A stretch of 64,000 bases of DNA from a virus. The notes beneath the pieces are model-generated. The model was not told the origin of the DNA. It made no database searches and saw nothing but the letters and a program-made list of their open reading frames with translations. The DNA is taken from the IMG/VR virus record IMGVR_UViG_3300048930_000242, positions 1-64,000 of that record. One strand, given 5' to 3'. Position numbers and translations under genes: made by a program. This document shows, piece after piece, positions 45,279-54,500 of this stretch. Within the stretch, counting starts at the first letter, position 1. Every line of letters starts with the position of its first letter.

Positions 45279-45544
45279 TATCTTTTTCCGGTTGTGTTCT
45301 TTTCGAATCCATCAAAATCCTGACCGGGCTTCAATCCTTGCTTTGTTAGCATATCGAATGCCAAATTAACAGCATGGTTATATGAAGTGGCCTTTACCTT
45401 GACGGTGTATTTCTTAGTTTTGCCGGTTGGCGGATTAGAAGTGACCGCGTAATCAGACAGTGTGTGCCCAGCCGCCTTACTCAAAGGAATAGTTCTACCT
45501 GGCATATGATCAACGTCTGGAATGAATGCTTCAAACAGTTTCAT
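45278..45544 (-). CDS. Small basic protein, possible internal protein
   Basis: MKLFE-AF; inserted in the lysis cassette. Confidence 0.55.
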   Translation of the reverse strand: MKLFEAFIPDVDHMPGRTIPLSKAAGHTLSDYAVTSNPPTGKTKKYTVKVKATSYNHAVNLAFDMLTKQGLKPGQDFDGFEKNTTGKR

Positions 45545-45549
45545 TTCGG

Positions 45550-46116
45550 TTATCCTAGTTTCTTAAGGCGGTCGAAGAAGACCCAAATGCGAGACACATA
45601 TGTCTGAGTCTCCTTGGCGTGCTTCCCAGTGATTTTCGGCAGACATTCGTGAAGTATTGGCTTCCAGTCCGAATTGGCTGGGCAAGATCTCTTGGCCTTC
45701 AGAATGTGCCCCGCTCCGGCGTTATAAGAAGCGATCGCCAGGGACTCCCGGTTCTCAATGAAAGCCTCGGAGCGGAAGAACCAGCGCATCCGGTTCATGT
45801 AATGAGCGGCGAACATGATGCTAAGTTCAGAGTCATAGGCCGATCCCTTCTGCTTGATCAGATTCTCGGTCTCTTTCCAAGTGGCCGGCATGAACTGACA
45901 GAGTCCAGCCGCTCCGACATAGGACTTCGCATTCGGATCGAAGAGAGACTCCTGGTAGCACTGAGCTTTCAGAAGCCTCCAATCACGGCCGGGCATATAC
46001 ATCGAGGAGTACTCTTTGAAATGCTCGTCGTACTTCGAATTTTCAAGCGGCAAACGCTGAGCCTCAGCAGTGAAGCTGAAAAAGAGCAGAGTGAGTGCCG
46101 CAAGAAATCGATGCAT
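45550..46116 (-). CDS. Endolysin, SLT/MltF-like lytic transglycosylase with signal peptide
   Basis: DWRLL.AQCYQES.FDPNA.S..GA.GL.QFMP.T, ASYNAG.GH, ETQTYV. Confidence 0.9.
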   Translation of the reverse strand: MHRFLAALTLLFFSFTAEAQRLPLENSKYDEHFKEYSSMYMPGRDWRLLKAQCYQESLFDPNAKSYVGAAGLCQFMPATWKETENLIKQKGSAYDSELSIMFAAHYMNRMRWFFRSEAFIENRESLAIASYNAGAGHILKAKRSCPANSDWKPILHECLPKITGKHAKETQTYVSRIWVFFDRLKKLG

Positions 46117-46118
46117 GC

Positions 46119-46355
46119 TTAAAACACCGATCCGAACAGAATGCAGACGCCGACCAGGCGAAGACCGTAATAGATCGCCTTGGCCTGATAATCGGCCGAC
46201 TCAATCCAGTCCTTGACCTCGTCTACGCCAAGTGCTCGGTCCATCTGATTCAAAGCGAACCGGACACCGATAAAGGCGATTGAAGCCAAGAAGATCTTGA
46301 ACATCGCCGAGACCAGCATGATTCCAAGATCGGTAAAGTTTACAATCTCATCCAT
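46119..46355 (-). CDS. Putative holin
   Basis: 78 aa, two hydrophobic segments, directly upstream of the endolysin. Confidence 0.65.
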   Translation of the reverse strand: MDEIVNFTDLGIMLVSAMFKIFLASIAFIGVRFALNQMDRALGVDEVKDWIESADYQAKAIYYGLRLVGVCILFGSVF

Positions 46356-46366
46356 TATGTTTCTCC

Positions 46367-46738
46367 TCAGGTGATTGTGTAGGTAACAGGGAAGGTTGGA
46401 GCGTTAAGAGTGATGGTGACCGGTGTAGTGATATCGCCGACATTGCCGTTCGCGTCAACCGGAGCCACGCCAATATAGAGAGTTCTGGAAGGAGCTCCAG
46501 CGGTGATCTCGATCAGTGGAAGCAAGAATGGAAGCTTGACCTTGATCCGATGAAGGGTCGTGTTATCTTCCACAATACCCGGCTGGTCGTAATAGCCAAT
46601 CGGAATCGACGGCTCGGCATGCGAAAGCGTGGTTCCAGAAGTAGCCGGACGGTAATATAGACGGAATCCACCAGCCGGCTTTGAGATCTGATTGGTGTAG
46701 TTGATGTAGATCGTGTTTGTTGGCTTAACGAGAGACAT
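46367..46738 (-). CDS. Beta-rich (FN3/Ig-like) structural protein
   Basis: GFRLYY...YIGVAPVDANGNVGD. Confidence 0.55.
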   Translation of the reverse strand: MSLVKPTNTIYINYTNQISKPAGGFRLYYRPATSGTTLSHAEPSIPIGYYDQPGIVEDNTTLHRIKVKLPFLLPLIEITAGAPSRTLYIGVAPVDANGNVGDITTPVTITLNAPTFPVTYTIT

Positions 46739-46741
46739 GCT

Positions 46742-46987
46742 TTAGTCCTTTATGATTTCTACTAGTTCTACTGGAGTGAATGTCTCATCTCCACGATTGA
46801 ATGTTTGCGAGTTCCATGCTGGATTCCATTCTGATGAAACGACGAATTGAATCACGTCTACATCAACTCCAGAAGTTTCTTCTTCGAGCTCGGCTGGAGA
46901 AGCGTCAAAACAGATGACAGAAGCATTCACTTCTCTCCGTTTATCTAACCCAACATATCGCTGCTCGTCGAAGGCGTCTATACTCAT
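46742..46987 (-). CDS. Hypothetical protein
   Basis: Packed late operon. Confidence 0.5.
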   Translation of the reverse strand: MSIDAFDEQRYVGLDKRREVNASVICFDASPAELEEETSGVDVDVIQFVVSSEWNPAWNSQTFNRGDETFTPVELVEIIKD

Positions 46988-47427
46988 GGGAGGAGAGTTC
47001 CAATTGGACGAACCGCATAGGTAAGAGTCGCGTCGGCCGCAACGGTGGCCTGACCTTGAGCGTAGGTGAAAGCGTCATGACCAACCACGGCGGTTCCATC
47101 ATCAACCTCGACAACTCTCTGGAGGTCCCATGAGTACTTTCGACCATTCTGGAAGATGCTGGTCTTCTCCGGTCCAAGGCGAAGAGTCACATCGCCGTTG
47201 ACGGCGTCGCGATTGGCGAAAAGGAGAGATTGAGCGTCTGTCGCCGCAAGGTCGTAGACCTGCTGAATGGCCGAAGACGAAGTGTCCGGGAGGGCCAGAT
47301 CGGGCTTGAATGTCAAGTAAAGCTGCCAACCAGTGATGTCGATTGGCAGCTTAGTGACGGTGTTGCGGAATCGAAAGCGAAGAAGGAGAGTATCTCCGCG
47401 TGTGACAGTCAGATTGATATTGGCCAC
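46984..47427 (-). CDS. BppU-N-like structural adaptor
   Basis: NLTVTRGDT, PIDITGW, G.VTL.L, YSWDLQ, QG.ATV. Confidence 0.65.
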   Translation of the reverse strand: MANINLTVTRGDTLLLRFRFRNTVTKLPIDITGWQLYLTFKPDLALPDTSSSAIQQVYDLAATDAQSLLFANRDAVNGDVTLRLGPEKTSIFQNGRKYSWDLQRVVEVDDGTAVVGHDAFTYAQGQATVAADATLTYAVRPIGTLLP

Positions 47428-47490
47428 GAGAGCTGGAGTCCTAGGTAAGAGTTTCTACTCCTATCTATTACTCCAGCTCTCTATTATAGG

Positions 47491-48063
47491 CTAAGACCAG
47501 ACTGCCTCTTTGAAGATTTCAAGAGGATCACGGAAGCTGCCATTGGCGTCTTGAGTGTAAACCATGGCCTTGTTCTTGATAATGCTTCGATTGAAGCCAT
47601 CGATGAACATCGCTTGCTCATTGTTGGCCTTCGAGACGTCAAATGACTTGCCGTCGTCTGGCAGCTTTCCTGGATTCGATGCGACCAGAAGAACCAGACG
47701 GATCTTGGTCTGGTTAAGAACACCGATTCCGCGGAAGAAAAGTTTCTCCATTTCGAAGACGTAGTCCCCGGAATAGCCACGGTAAAGCGGAGAGTAGACG
47801 AGTTCACCGAGATGGAATCTGTCAAAGATCAGCTTCGGGGTCTTGCTTTGCGGTAGCAGAACATTCTGAATCAGGCCAAAAGAGTTCTTGAACGACTCTC
47901 GCTGGTAGGTCTGAAGGTTTCCATTATAGCACTGGAGTCGCTTCGGTTTGTCGAATTTGATGGTCTGGTGGAAGCCGAGGCGGTCATTGATCGTCTCAAT
48001 GAGAGTGCCCTTTCCGACATTGTCGATGCCTTCGATAATGAAAATAGACGGTTCGCCGTTCAT
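47491..48063 (-). CDS. Thymidylate-kinase-like NMP kinase (candidate modified-dCMP kinase)
   Basis: IIEGIDNVGKGT, IFDRFHLGELVYSPLYRGY. Confidence 0.85.
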   Translation of the reverse strand: MNGEPSIFIIEGIDNVGKGTLIETINDRLGFHQTIKFDKPKRLQCYNGNLQTYQRESFKNSFGLIQNVLLPQSKTPKLIFDRFHLGELVYSPLYRGYSGDYVFEMEKLFFRGIGVLNQTKIRLVLLVASNPGKLPDDGKSFDVSKANNEQAMFIDGFNRSIIKNKAMVYTQDANGSFRDPLEIFKEAVWS

Positions 48064-48065
48064 GA

Positions 48066-49025
48066 TCAGAAGCCCTCATCAAGCGGGATTTGGAGTAGAT
48101 TCTCGTCCTTTTCTTCGGCCGCTTCGGATGCCTTGTACCACTGGCCGATGCTAGGCGCGAAGAATCTGACAAGCCATTCATAGTTGGTCAATTCGGTGGC
48201 ACGACTTGGTGGCACTATGTTATACCTAGTGAGACCGGAAACGAACACGAACAAGTGATTCTTGAACGAAAAAGCATCTCGACTCTCTTCTTGGAAAACA
48301 GAATTAGCGTGCGGATTGAACTCGTCTTTGTTCCAATGCTTTTCGTAGATGTGAAGAGAGCCGGCATTGTGGTAGTAATCGCCTAGCTTCAGATTGTTCA
48401 TTCCGCGGCGGAACTTCAAGACTGCGTACATCATCCAGGCGATGAACTGGAACTGAAGGATGTCATTGCACCAGCCGACCACCAAATCGTTTGACCGCAT
48501 GTTCACGATCATATGGAGTTCATCGTTGCGGATCAAGAACTGGAGAGAAAGCGTACATGGGGTGTCTTTTGGATTGAGACCGGAATTGTCGACTCCGTGG
48601 ATGTTGATGATCGCCTTTCTGGACTGAGGATCGGCAGCCAGAAGGTTCACGCAGTTGTCGAAGCGAGAGATCAATTCGGAGCTTGAACCGTTAGAGAGCC
48701 CTTCATGCTCAGCGAAAATCCAGTACCCGTAATTCGAGATCACATTTCCGCTGCCATCCTTAAGCGTATCCCAGAAAGGAGCGGACTTGGAGATTCCGGC
48801 CGCTTTCAAGCTCTTCGACATGTACCAATTGAACTCGTCGATAACATACGACGGCTTCAGTTTCCTGGAGCCAAGAGTGACCACCAATGGATCGTTGAGA
48901 TCGAAAAACATTCGTGAGGCGATCACTTCTTTCGATCTGGTGCCGCGAGTCTCAACCAGAAAGCCGTCTTCCAAGATATTTTGGCCGGCTTTCTGGTACA
49001 TTTCGTTCACAATACTCATACTCAC
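48066..49025 (-). CDS. gp42: dCMP hydroxymethylase-like (TS fold, dCMP-specific)
   Basis: EFNWY, SNYG, PCT catalytic Cys, MRSNDLVVGWCND (Asp at the TS Asn177 position, as in T4 gp42), SLHIYEKH. Confidence 0.8.
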   Translation of the reverse strand: MSMSIVNEMYQKAGQNILEDGFLVETRGTRSKEVIASRMFFDLNDPLVVTLGSRKLKPSYVIDEFNWYMSKSLKAAGISKSAPFWDTLKDGSGNVISNYGYWIFAEHEGLSNGSSSELISRFDNCVNLLAADPQSRKAIINIHGVDNSGLNPKDTPCTLSLQFLIRNDELHMIVNMRSNDLVVGWCNDILQFQFIAWMMYAVLKFRRGMNNLKLGDYYHNAGSLHIYEKHWNKDEFNPHANSVFQEESRDAFSFKNHLFVFVSGLTRYNIVPPSRATELTNYEWLVRFFAPSIGQWYKASEAAEEKDENLLQIPLDEGF

Positions 49026-49059
49026 TCCTTCTCATGTTCACAGTTCAGCACTTCGGACT

Positions 49060-49088
49060 ATTGTATCATAGTCCGAAGTGCTTGTAAA
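49060..49088 (-). promoter_or_regulatory. Promoter TTTACA-N17-TACAAT within a 15-bp palindrome
   Basis: Arms 49047-49061 and 49068-49082; -10 overlaps the loop. Confidence 0.8.
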
Positions 49089-49096
49089 TGGGCTTC

Positions 49097-50341
49097 TTAG
49101 ACGGCGCGAACGATCAGGGAGAGATCAGTGACCGTGATGTTGGTCGCCGATGTATTGTTCGCAACGAAGACTTCGATGTACTCGTTTGGCGCGAGTTCAA
49201 CGGCAGTTTGCGCTCCGGCGTTTTCGGCCTTGCCGGTACCAGATGTCGTGATCAAGATCTTGGAGTCCGGCAGTGTGGACCCGCCTTTGGCAATATAGAC
49301 CGCAATGATATGGTTGTTGCCAGACTCGGCCGAAAGCGTTGCGGAGACCAAGAAAGTTCTGGTCTTCGATCCTGTGTATGTTAACCTACCGCTTGTAAAG
49401 TCAAACTTGCCCATCACTCCACCGGTAGTTGTGGCGTCGGCTTTCACCGGTGTAGATGGCGCGGCAATAACCGTTGCTGTGGCGTTTGCATGCCAATAGA
49501 TTTGACCAAGCACTCCGGAATTAGGCACTCCAGAGCAGTCGATGAACATCGACTCTGCGGCCGCAGCGGTGATACCGACAAGAGGAGTTCCGGCGCCTGT
49601 GAATGTGACAGAATCAAGAACAAAATTCTCGTCAGGAATGGATGCCCCGGCAATCACTTCAATGCCGGTTTTGCTTGCCGCGTCAAGAGTGAAACCAGAG
49701 TAAAGGATCTTAAATCTTGAAGAGATCACGGCGGTGGCGGCAAGCGTCAAGAAGGTGGAAGAAGCCTGCGGCTGGAACATACATCTGAAGAAAGTTGCAA
49801 CTCTCGTGGTGCCATCGATTACCAATTCAGCCGAATCGGCGAAGACGCAGTTATCGGCGACAATCATTCCGTAATTGAGAACGGTTCCAATCTCCGCCAC
49901 GGTGTCGAAATGCATTCCGTAAAGGGTCAATGAAGCGGCCGGGTTGAGGGTTGCGTCAAGAGCCAGAGCTGGCGCGCCAGCTGCAAGGTCGGCAATCTCA
50001 AAGTTTTGAAGTGTGAGATCTTGCTGGGCGGAGATCAACGGAGCGCCTGCGAGGCCGGTGCTCTTCAGAATCGAATTAGAGGCTGCATTGCCGGCGATCA
50101 CATTGCCTAGCCCACAAACCAATCTATTGCCGGCAAGATCCACTGTGCCGACTATGAAGTACGTTGTGTCGTTTGCCAGAGTGATTACATCTATGACCGG
50201 GTCTGGAAAATCCGCCAGTGCTTCTACATAGACGAGTTTGCTAGGTAGGGAAAGACCAGCACCAATAGCGTCGAATTCAGCACGAAGCGCGTTTACTTCT
50301 GCTCTATATGCTGAAAATCCATCAGATGCTCTAAGTGCCAT
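49097..50341 (-). CDS. Virion structural / fibre-like protein (beta-helix plus C-terminal jelly-roll)
   Basis: DFP......ITL....TY, beta-rich; C-terminal VELAPNEYIEVFVAN. Confidence 0.6.
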   Translation of the reverse strand: MALRASDGFSAYRAEVNALRAEFDAIGAGLSLPSKLVYVEALADFPDPVIDVITLANDTTYFIVGTVDLAGNRLVCGLGNVIAGNAASNSILKSTGLAGAPLISAQQDLTLQNFEIADLAAGAPALALDATLNPAASLTLYGMHFDTVAEIGTVLNYGMIVADNCVFADSAELVIDGTTRVATFFRCMFQPQASSTFLTLAATAVISSRFKILYSGFTLDAASKTGIEVIAGASIPDENFVLDSVTFTGAGTPLVGITAAAAESMFIDCSGVPNSGVLGQIYWHANATATVIAAPSTPVKADATTTGGVMGKFDFTSGRLTYTGSKTRTFLVSATLSAESGNNHIIAVYIAKGGSTLPDSKILITTSGTGKAENAGAQTAVELAPNEYIEVFVANNTSATNITVTDLSLIVRAV

Positions 50342-50361
50342 AAATTTCTTTTCCTAGTCTA

Positions 50362-51282
50362 TTATTGCTTGATGGTGTACGAAATGTAATCAATCCAAAG
50401 TCTCATATCACCACCAAGTGGAACCAGCGCATCGCCAGTAGACTTGAATCGGAGGAAATTGTTCAAGTCGGATGTCGCCGCCGCGAAATTGGTTGTGACA
50501 AACGAAGTAGCCAGAGTTCCATTGACATAGAAATTAACAACCGCGTTGGTGATTTCGATCTTTAGAGAAACTGCCTGCCAATTGGTGACATTTCCAAAGA
50601 CGCCTGGAGAAATGATTTGATCGAAGATCACCGCGCCGGTTGGCCAATTGTCATTTACGACAACGGCGCGAAGGACAGGAACAGCTAGCAGATCAGCAGT
50701 TGCCGGAGACTGAATCTCAAAGAATGCGCCACCTTCTAGTCTTGGGTCAGGCTGCGCGGCTGTGTCGGTTAAGTAGAATCTCCTGCTGAAGCCAAAATTC
50801 ACAGTCATCGGAATGGATTCGGCGACGCTGACATTTTGTAGAGCCAGTTTTGTTTCTCCAATCAGCGCTCGATTGTCGTTGCTTCCTGGAGGAGCAAATC
50901 CTTGCGACATTAGGCTCGACCAAACCTGCGAAGTGTCGTCATACACTCCGTGAGTTATAGCAAGAGCGCTCTGGTTAACACTTCTGGCTTTTGAAGTTGA
51001 TCCGCTCTGACCAGCCACGAATCTATAATCAGCCGATGGCTGATATTGAAATGGAGTCAATGAAGGATCGTACGGCTGATTCATTCTGGTAAAATGCTCA
51101 AGAACATATGTGTCCCCGATGATCGCTTCATTAACTTCAGGATCGATCAAATCAACGGCCGCGCCAAGCGCGTTAATCTTCTGGCGTTGGATTTCAAATG
51201 TGTCGGTTCTTTCAACCTGAGTGAATGCCATTGTGCTAAGTCCTAATCCTAGAATGAAAACGAGTTTGGAAATGAAGCTCAT
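50362..51282 (-). CDS. Baseplate/fibre-associated protein
   Basis: TDTFEIQRQKIN motif typical of T4-like fibre N-termini; lectin-like C-terminus. Confidence 0.6.
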   Translation of the reverse strand: MSFISKLVFILGLGLSTMAFTQVERTDTFEIQRQKINALGAAVDLIDPEVNEAIIGDTYVLEHFTRMNQPYDPSLTPFQYQPSADYRFVAGQSGSTSKARSVNQSALAITHGVYDDTSQVWSSLMSQGFAPPGSNDNRALIGETKLALQNVSVAESIPMTVNFGFSRRFYLTDTAAQPDPRLEGGAFFEIQSPATADLLAVPVLRAVVVNDNWPTGAVIFDQIISPGVFGNVTNWQAVSLKIEITNAVVNFYVNGTLATSFVTTNFAAATSDLNNFLRFKSTGDALVPLGGDMRLWIDYISYTIKQ

Positions 51283-51300
51283 GATAATGTTGACTCCTGG

Positions 51301-51537
51301 TTATGCTTCTGGTGGAGTGATTATGTCAATCACCTCGTTCAGCGCAATCACTTGACCCTGCAAATCTTGAACGATCTTAACAAGGTCTCGAATGGTCTCT
51401 TGTTCTTTCTGCCGCTCTTCTACCAGCTTTCTCCGGACCTGAGCTTGCTTGAAGCCTCTGGAGCCGGTGAATACAACGGCCCCAGAGTTCGGATCGCGGA
51501 ATGCTTCATAGGAGGATAGTTTGTTGAAGTCAGTCAT
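51301..51537 (-). CDS. Small coiled-coil protein downstream of VrlC
   Basis: RDPNSGAVV motif plus coiled coil. Confidence 0.65.
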   Translation of the reverse strand: MTDFNKLSSYEAFRDPNSGAVVFTGSRGFKQAQVRRKLVEERQKEQETIRDLVKIVQDLQGQVIALNEVIDIITPPEA

Positions 51538-51539
51538 GG

Positions 51540-54500
51540 TCAGATCACCGCAATTGCACGAAGGTTCTTCACGATTGGCACGTCGATGGTGTTCTTGGAG
51601 TACATTTCGATCTTGATTGCGAAGGAAGTGAACTCTTCTGGAACGTCCGACGGCTTGTATTTGTACTCAACGAATCTGGTTCCGACCGAGATATTTGGGT
51701 TGACGTCTTCGTCAAGGACCATTTCTCTCCATTCAACTTCTTCACCAGCGGTGACCGGTGTTCCGATCTCTGCGTACGGAATATCTATCCAGGCCGATCC
51801 ACCGATAGCTGGCTCCATACCAGGAGCGTATTCGGTGAATGACGCGTTACGCTTCCAGAGGCGAGAAGCATGGAAGACATACTGAGGGAAGACGAATGTT
51901 CCACCAAGGCCGGAGGCATCGGCGTAATTGTCGATGGCATTCCAATCGTCTACTTTCTGAACACTCTGCGCCTCCATGTCCACGGCGGTTGCTTCATCGA
52001 CAAGGAAACTTCGATCGATATTAGACAAAGAAGGATCGCCTTCCATTTTGAACTTCGAGATGTCATTGATCGACTTGATATAGACTCTTGGAGTCTGCAC
52101 GTCGGTAACCAAGCAACGTGCTCTTGGGTTAGAGGAGCTGGTGAACGAAGGGACCAAGTTAGGATTCGTTCCGTTCGGGTTACCGACGATCTCAGAGGCG
52201 ATCTCACGGTAGATCAAACGGCAGGTCTTTCCAATCAGAGCCGTCGAAGTCACGGTAGAAGCGCCAATATCGAAATACGACGGAGTGATTACCGAAGTAC
52301 GATAATAGATCTTCAAGAGACTGTCATTAGGCAACTTGGCATCGACAAGGACCTTGAGGTCATCCGAAGGATTCACCAGATTGATCGCCTTGGTCACATA
52401 GGTTCCGGCGTCCCAAGCTGGTCCGAAATCGAATGCAGGCGCATCAATCAACGGAAGAGCTGGATCAGACAAATCGTAAGGCGAGGTCAAGTACCGACCG
52501 GTGATCAGTCTCATCTGCTGCTTGTCGATAACTGGGGTCAGAAGTGGATCGGTGGTTCCGAGAGCGATCTGGGCCGAGTAGTTACGACGGAGAGCGGTGT
52601 TTACATTGTTGTCTAGGCACTTCTCTTCGGTGAGGTAGACGAATTCCTTGTTGGTGATTGTCTGGAATCCAGAGCCAGATTCTCCATTATGGAAAGCCTG
52701 AGAATACTGAGCCGAAGTTCCAGGGAGAACCATTTCACCGACATTCAAGACCGACATAGAGACCTTAAGGGCTCCTGGGTTGTTCAATTGGTCTCCGTAG
52801 ACCTGATCTGGGAACGGATAGATTGAAGTGCCGGTCTGATTGATCGAACCATAACCCTCAGAAGAAGCTCCACCGACGTCAGTGACCTGATTCGAAGGAA
52901 GAGTCTTCTTGTCGCGAAGCACGACGGTAGAAGGAGCGGTCGCGAATCTGTGGCGGTAGATTCTGAACGTGATGTCGGACATCTGGTCCGGAGTCCAAGT
53001 CGTGGAGTTCTGCGACTTGAACAACGATCCAAGGTATGGCTGTTCGGCAATACCACGGCCGCCAGAGTTGGTTCCACGGAATGCGATCGTTGGGTCGATT
53101 CTTGGAAGGAAGCCGCCGTTGGTTTCGTTCTGAATGGTTGGCTGGTCCGACGGAATCTCAGTTGGGCGAATGTCGGTTTCACCGCCGGTTGAACGGAAAC
53201 GTTCCTGATTGAAAGCGGCCAAAGTGGCTTCGTTTTCAATTCCGAGGCTTCGATTTTCTTCCGGCGGAAGCGGAGTGATGATCTCACCGGTTCTTGCGTA
53301 GTAATCAAAGATGTCCTGTTCGCCGAGCGTGGAAATCCATGCTTCATACTTACGGCTGTTGGTGAACAGGACGAAAGCGTACTCGGTGTTGCCTTCCAAG
53401 TAAACTGGATCTCTGAAAGTGAATCTGGTTGCACCATCAGAAGGAATGGTTGCGCTGACATTACATTGCGCCGGCGACTTATAGGCCATCGAGAATGGAA
53501 CAATTCTGTTTGTAGGAGTTCCGTTCTCCATTTCGACAATGTAGATCGAGACGGCCTGATAATCGACACCATCAGAGAGTACTGGAATCTTCTTGAAGAA
53601 GACTTCAATCGACTCCAAGAAGCATCCATTTGGCTCTTCAATCAAGAACGACTGAGCGATCGGATCGCGCCACTGACGAGGACGAGACGGAACGGTCGCA
53701 CGGATCTCTGGGATGGTTGGAAGCCCACGGATGATGCTTGTGTTTCGAACCGAGGTAATGGTGCGCTGACGGGTCTGGATAGAACCATTGGCCGTGAACG
53801 TGGTCGAAGCCGAAGAAGCGTCCTCATCGTCGATGATCAAGAACTGCTTGGTTCCGGTTGGAATGACGCCAGGCGGCACTGTGAAAGTTCCAATGAACTC
53901 CCCGTCGTCAGAGACTCTTGGTCGACCTGCGCCGGCCGGATCTCCAGTAGGAGTCACGAACTCCGAAGACGAAGGGTAAAGGATAACCTCGTGATTGTCC
54001 AAGTAGCCTTTGACCGGAGCGCCTTGTCTCATTCCGCGTGCATGGACAGCAACCGGAATCGACCGCATGAATGGAGCGATGCTGGTCGCGATTACACGGT
54101 CATCGCCGACAGATGTAGTAGTAGTGGTGGTCGTGGAAGAAAGTCCGAGTTGGCTGGCGATCTGAGCCTGACGAACCGACCAAGCGGCCAACTCTTCTTC
54201 GAATCGAGCGTTAGCGGCATCCCATGCGGCGCCCCATCGACGTTCGACCTCATTGATCCATGCGACGCCGTTACCGAATCCGACAACCGGAGCGATAGAA
54301 GTTGGCATCGAGAATGTAGGAGCCGGCTCGAATGTGCCAGGAGGCGGCTGAATCAACACGGTGGTAGTTGTGGTGGTGCCTTCTTCTTGGTTGATGATGT
54401 CCGGAGCCCGATTGGTGTCAATCCAAGTGTCGACCGAAGGATCAAGCTCGACCGTGCCGTTCCATGTGTAGAACAGATATGGATTCAGGTTGACACCACC

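Noticed and set aside
48066-49025. Ordinary thymidylate synthase or dUMP hydroxymethylase (ViI-type hmU pathway)
   Set aside because: Specificity residue is Asp rather than Asn, matching dCMP enzymes
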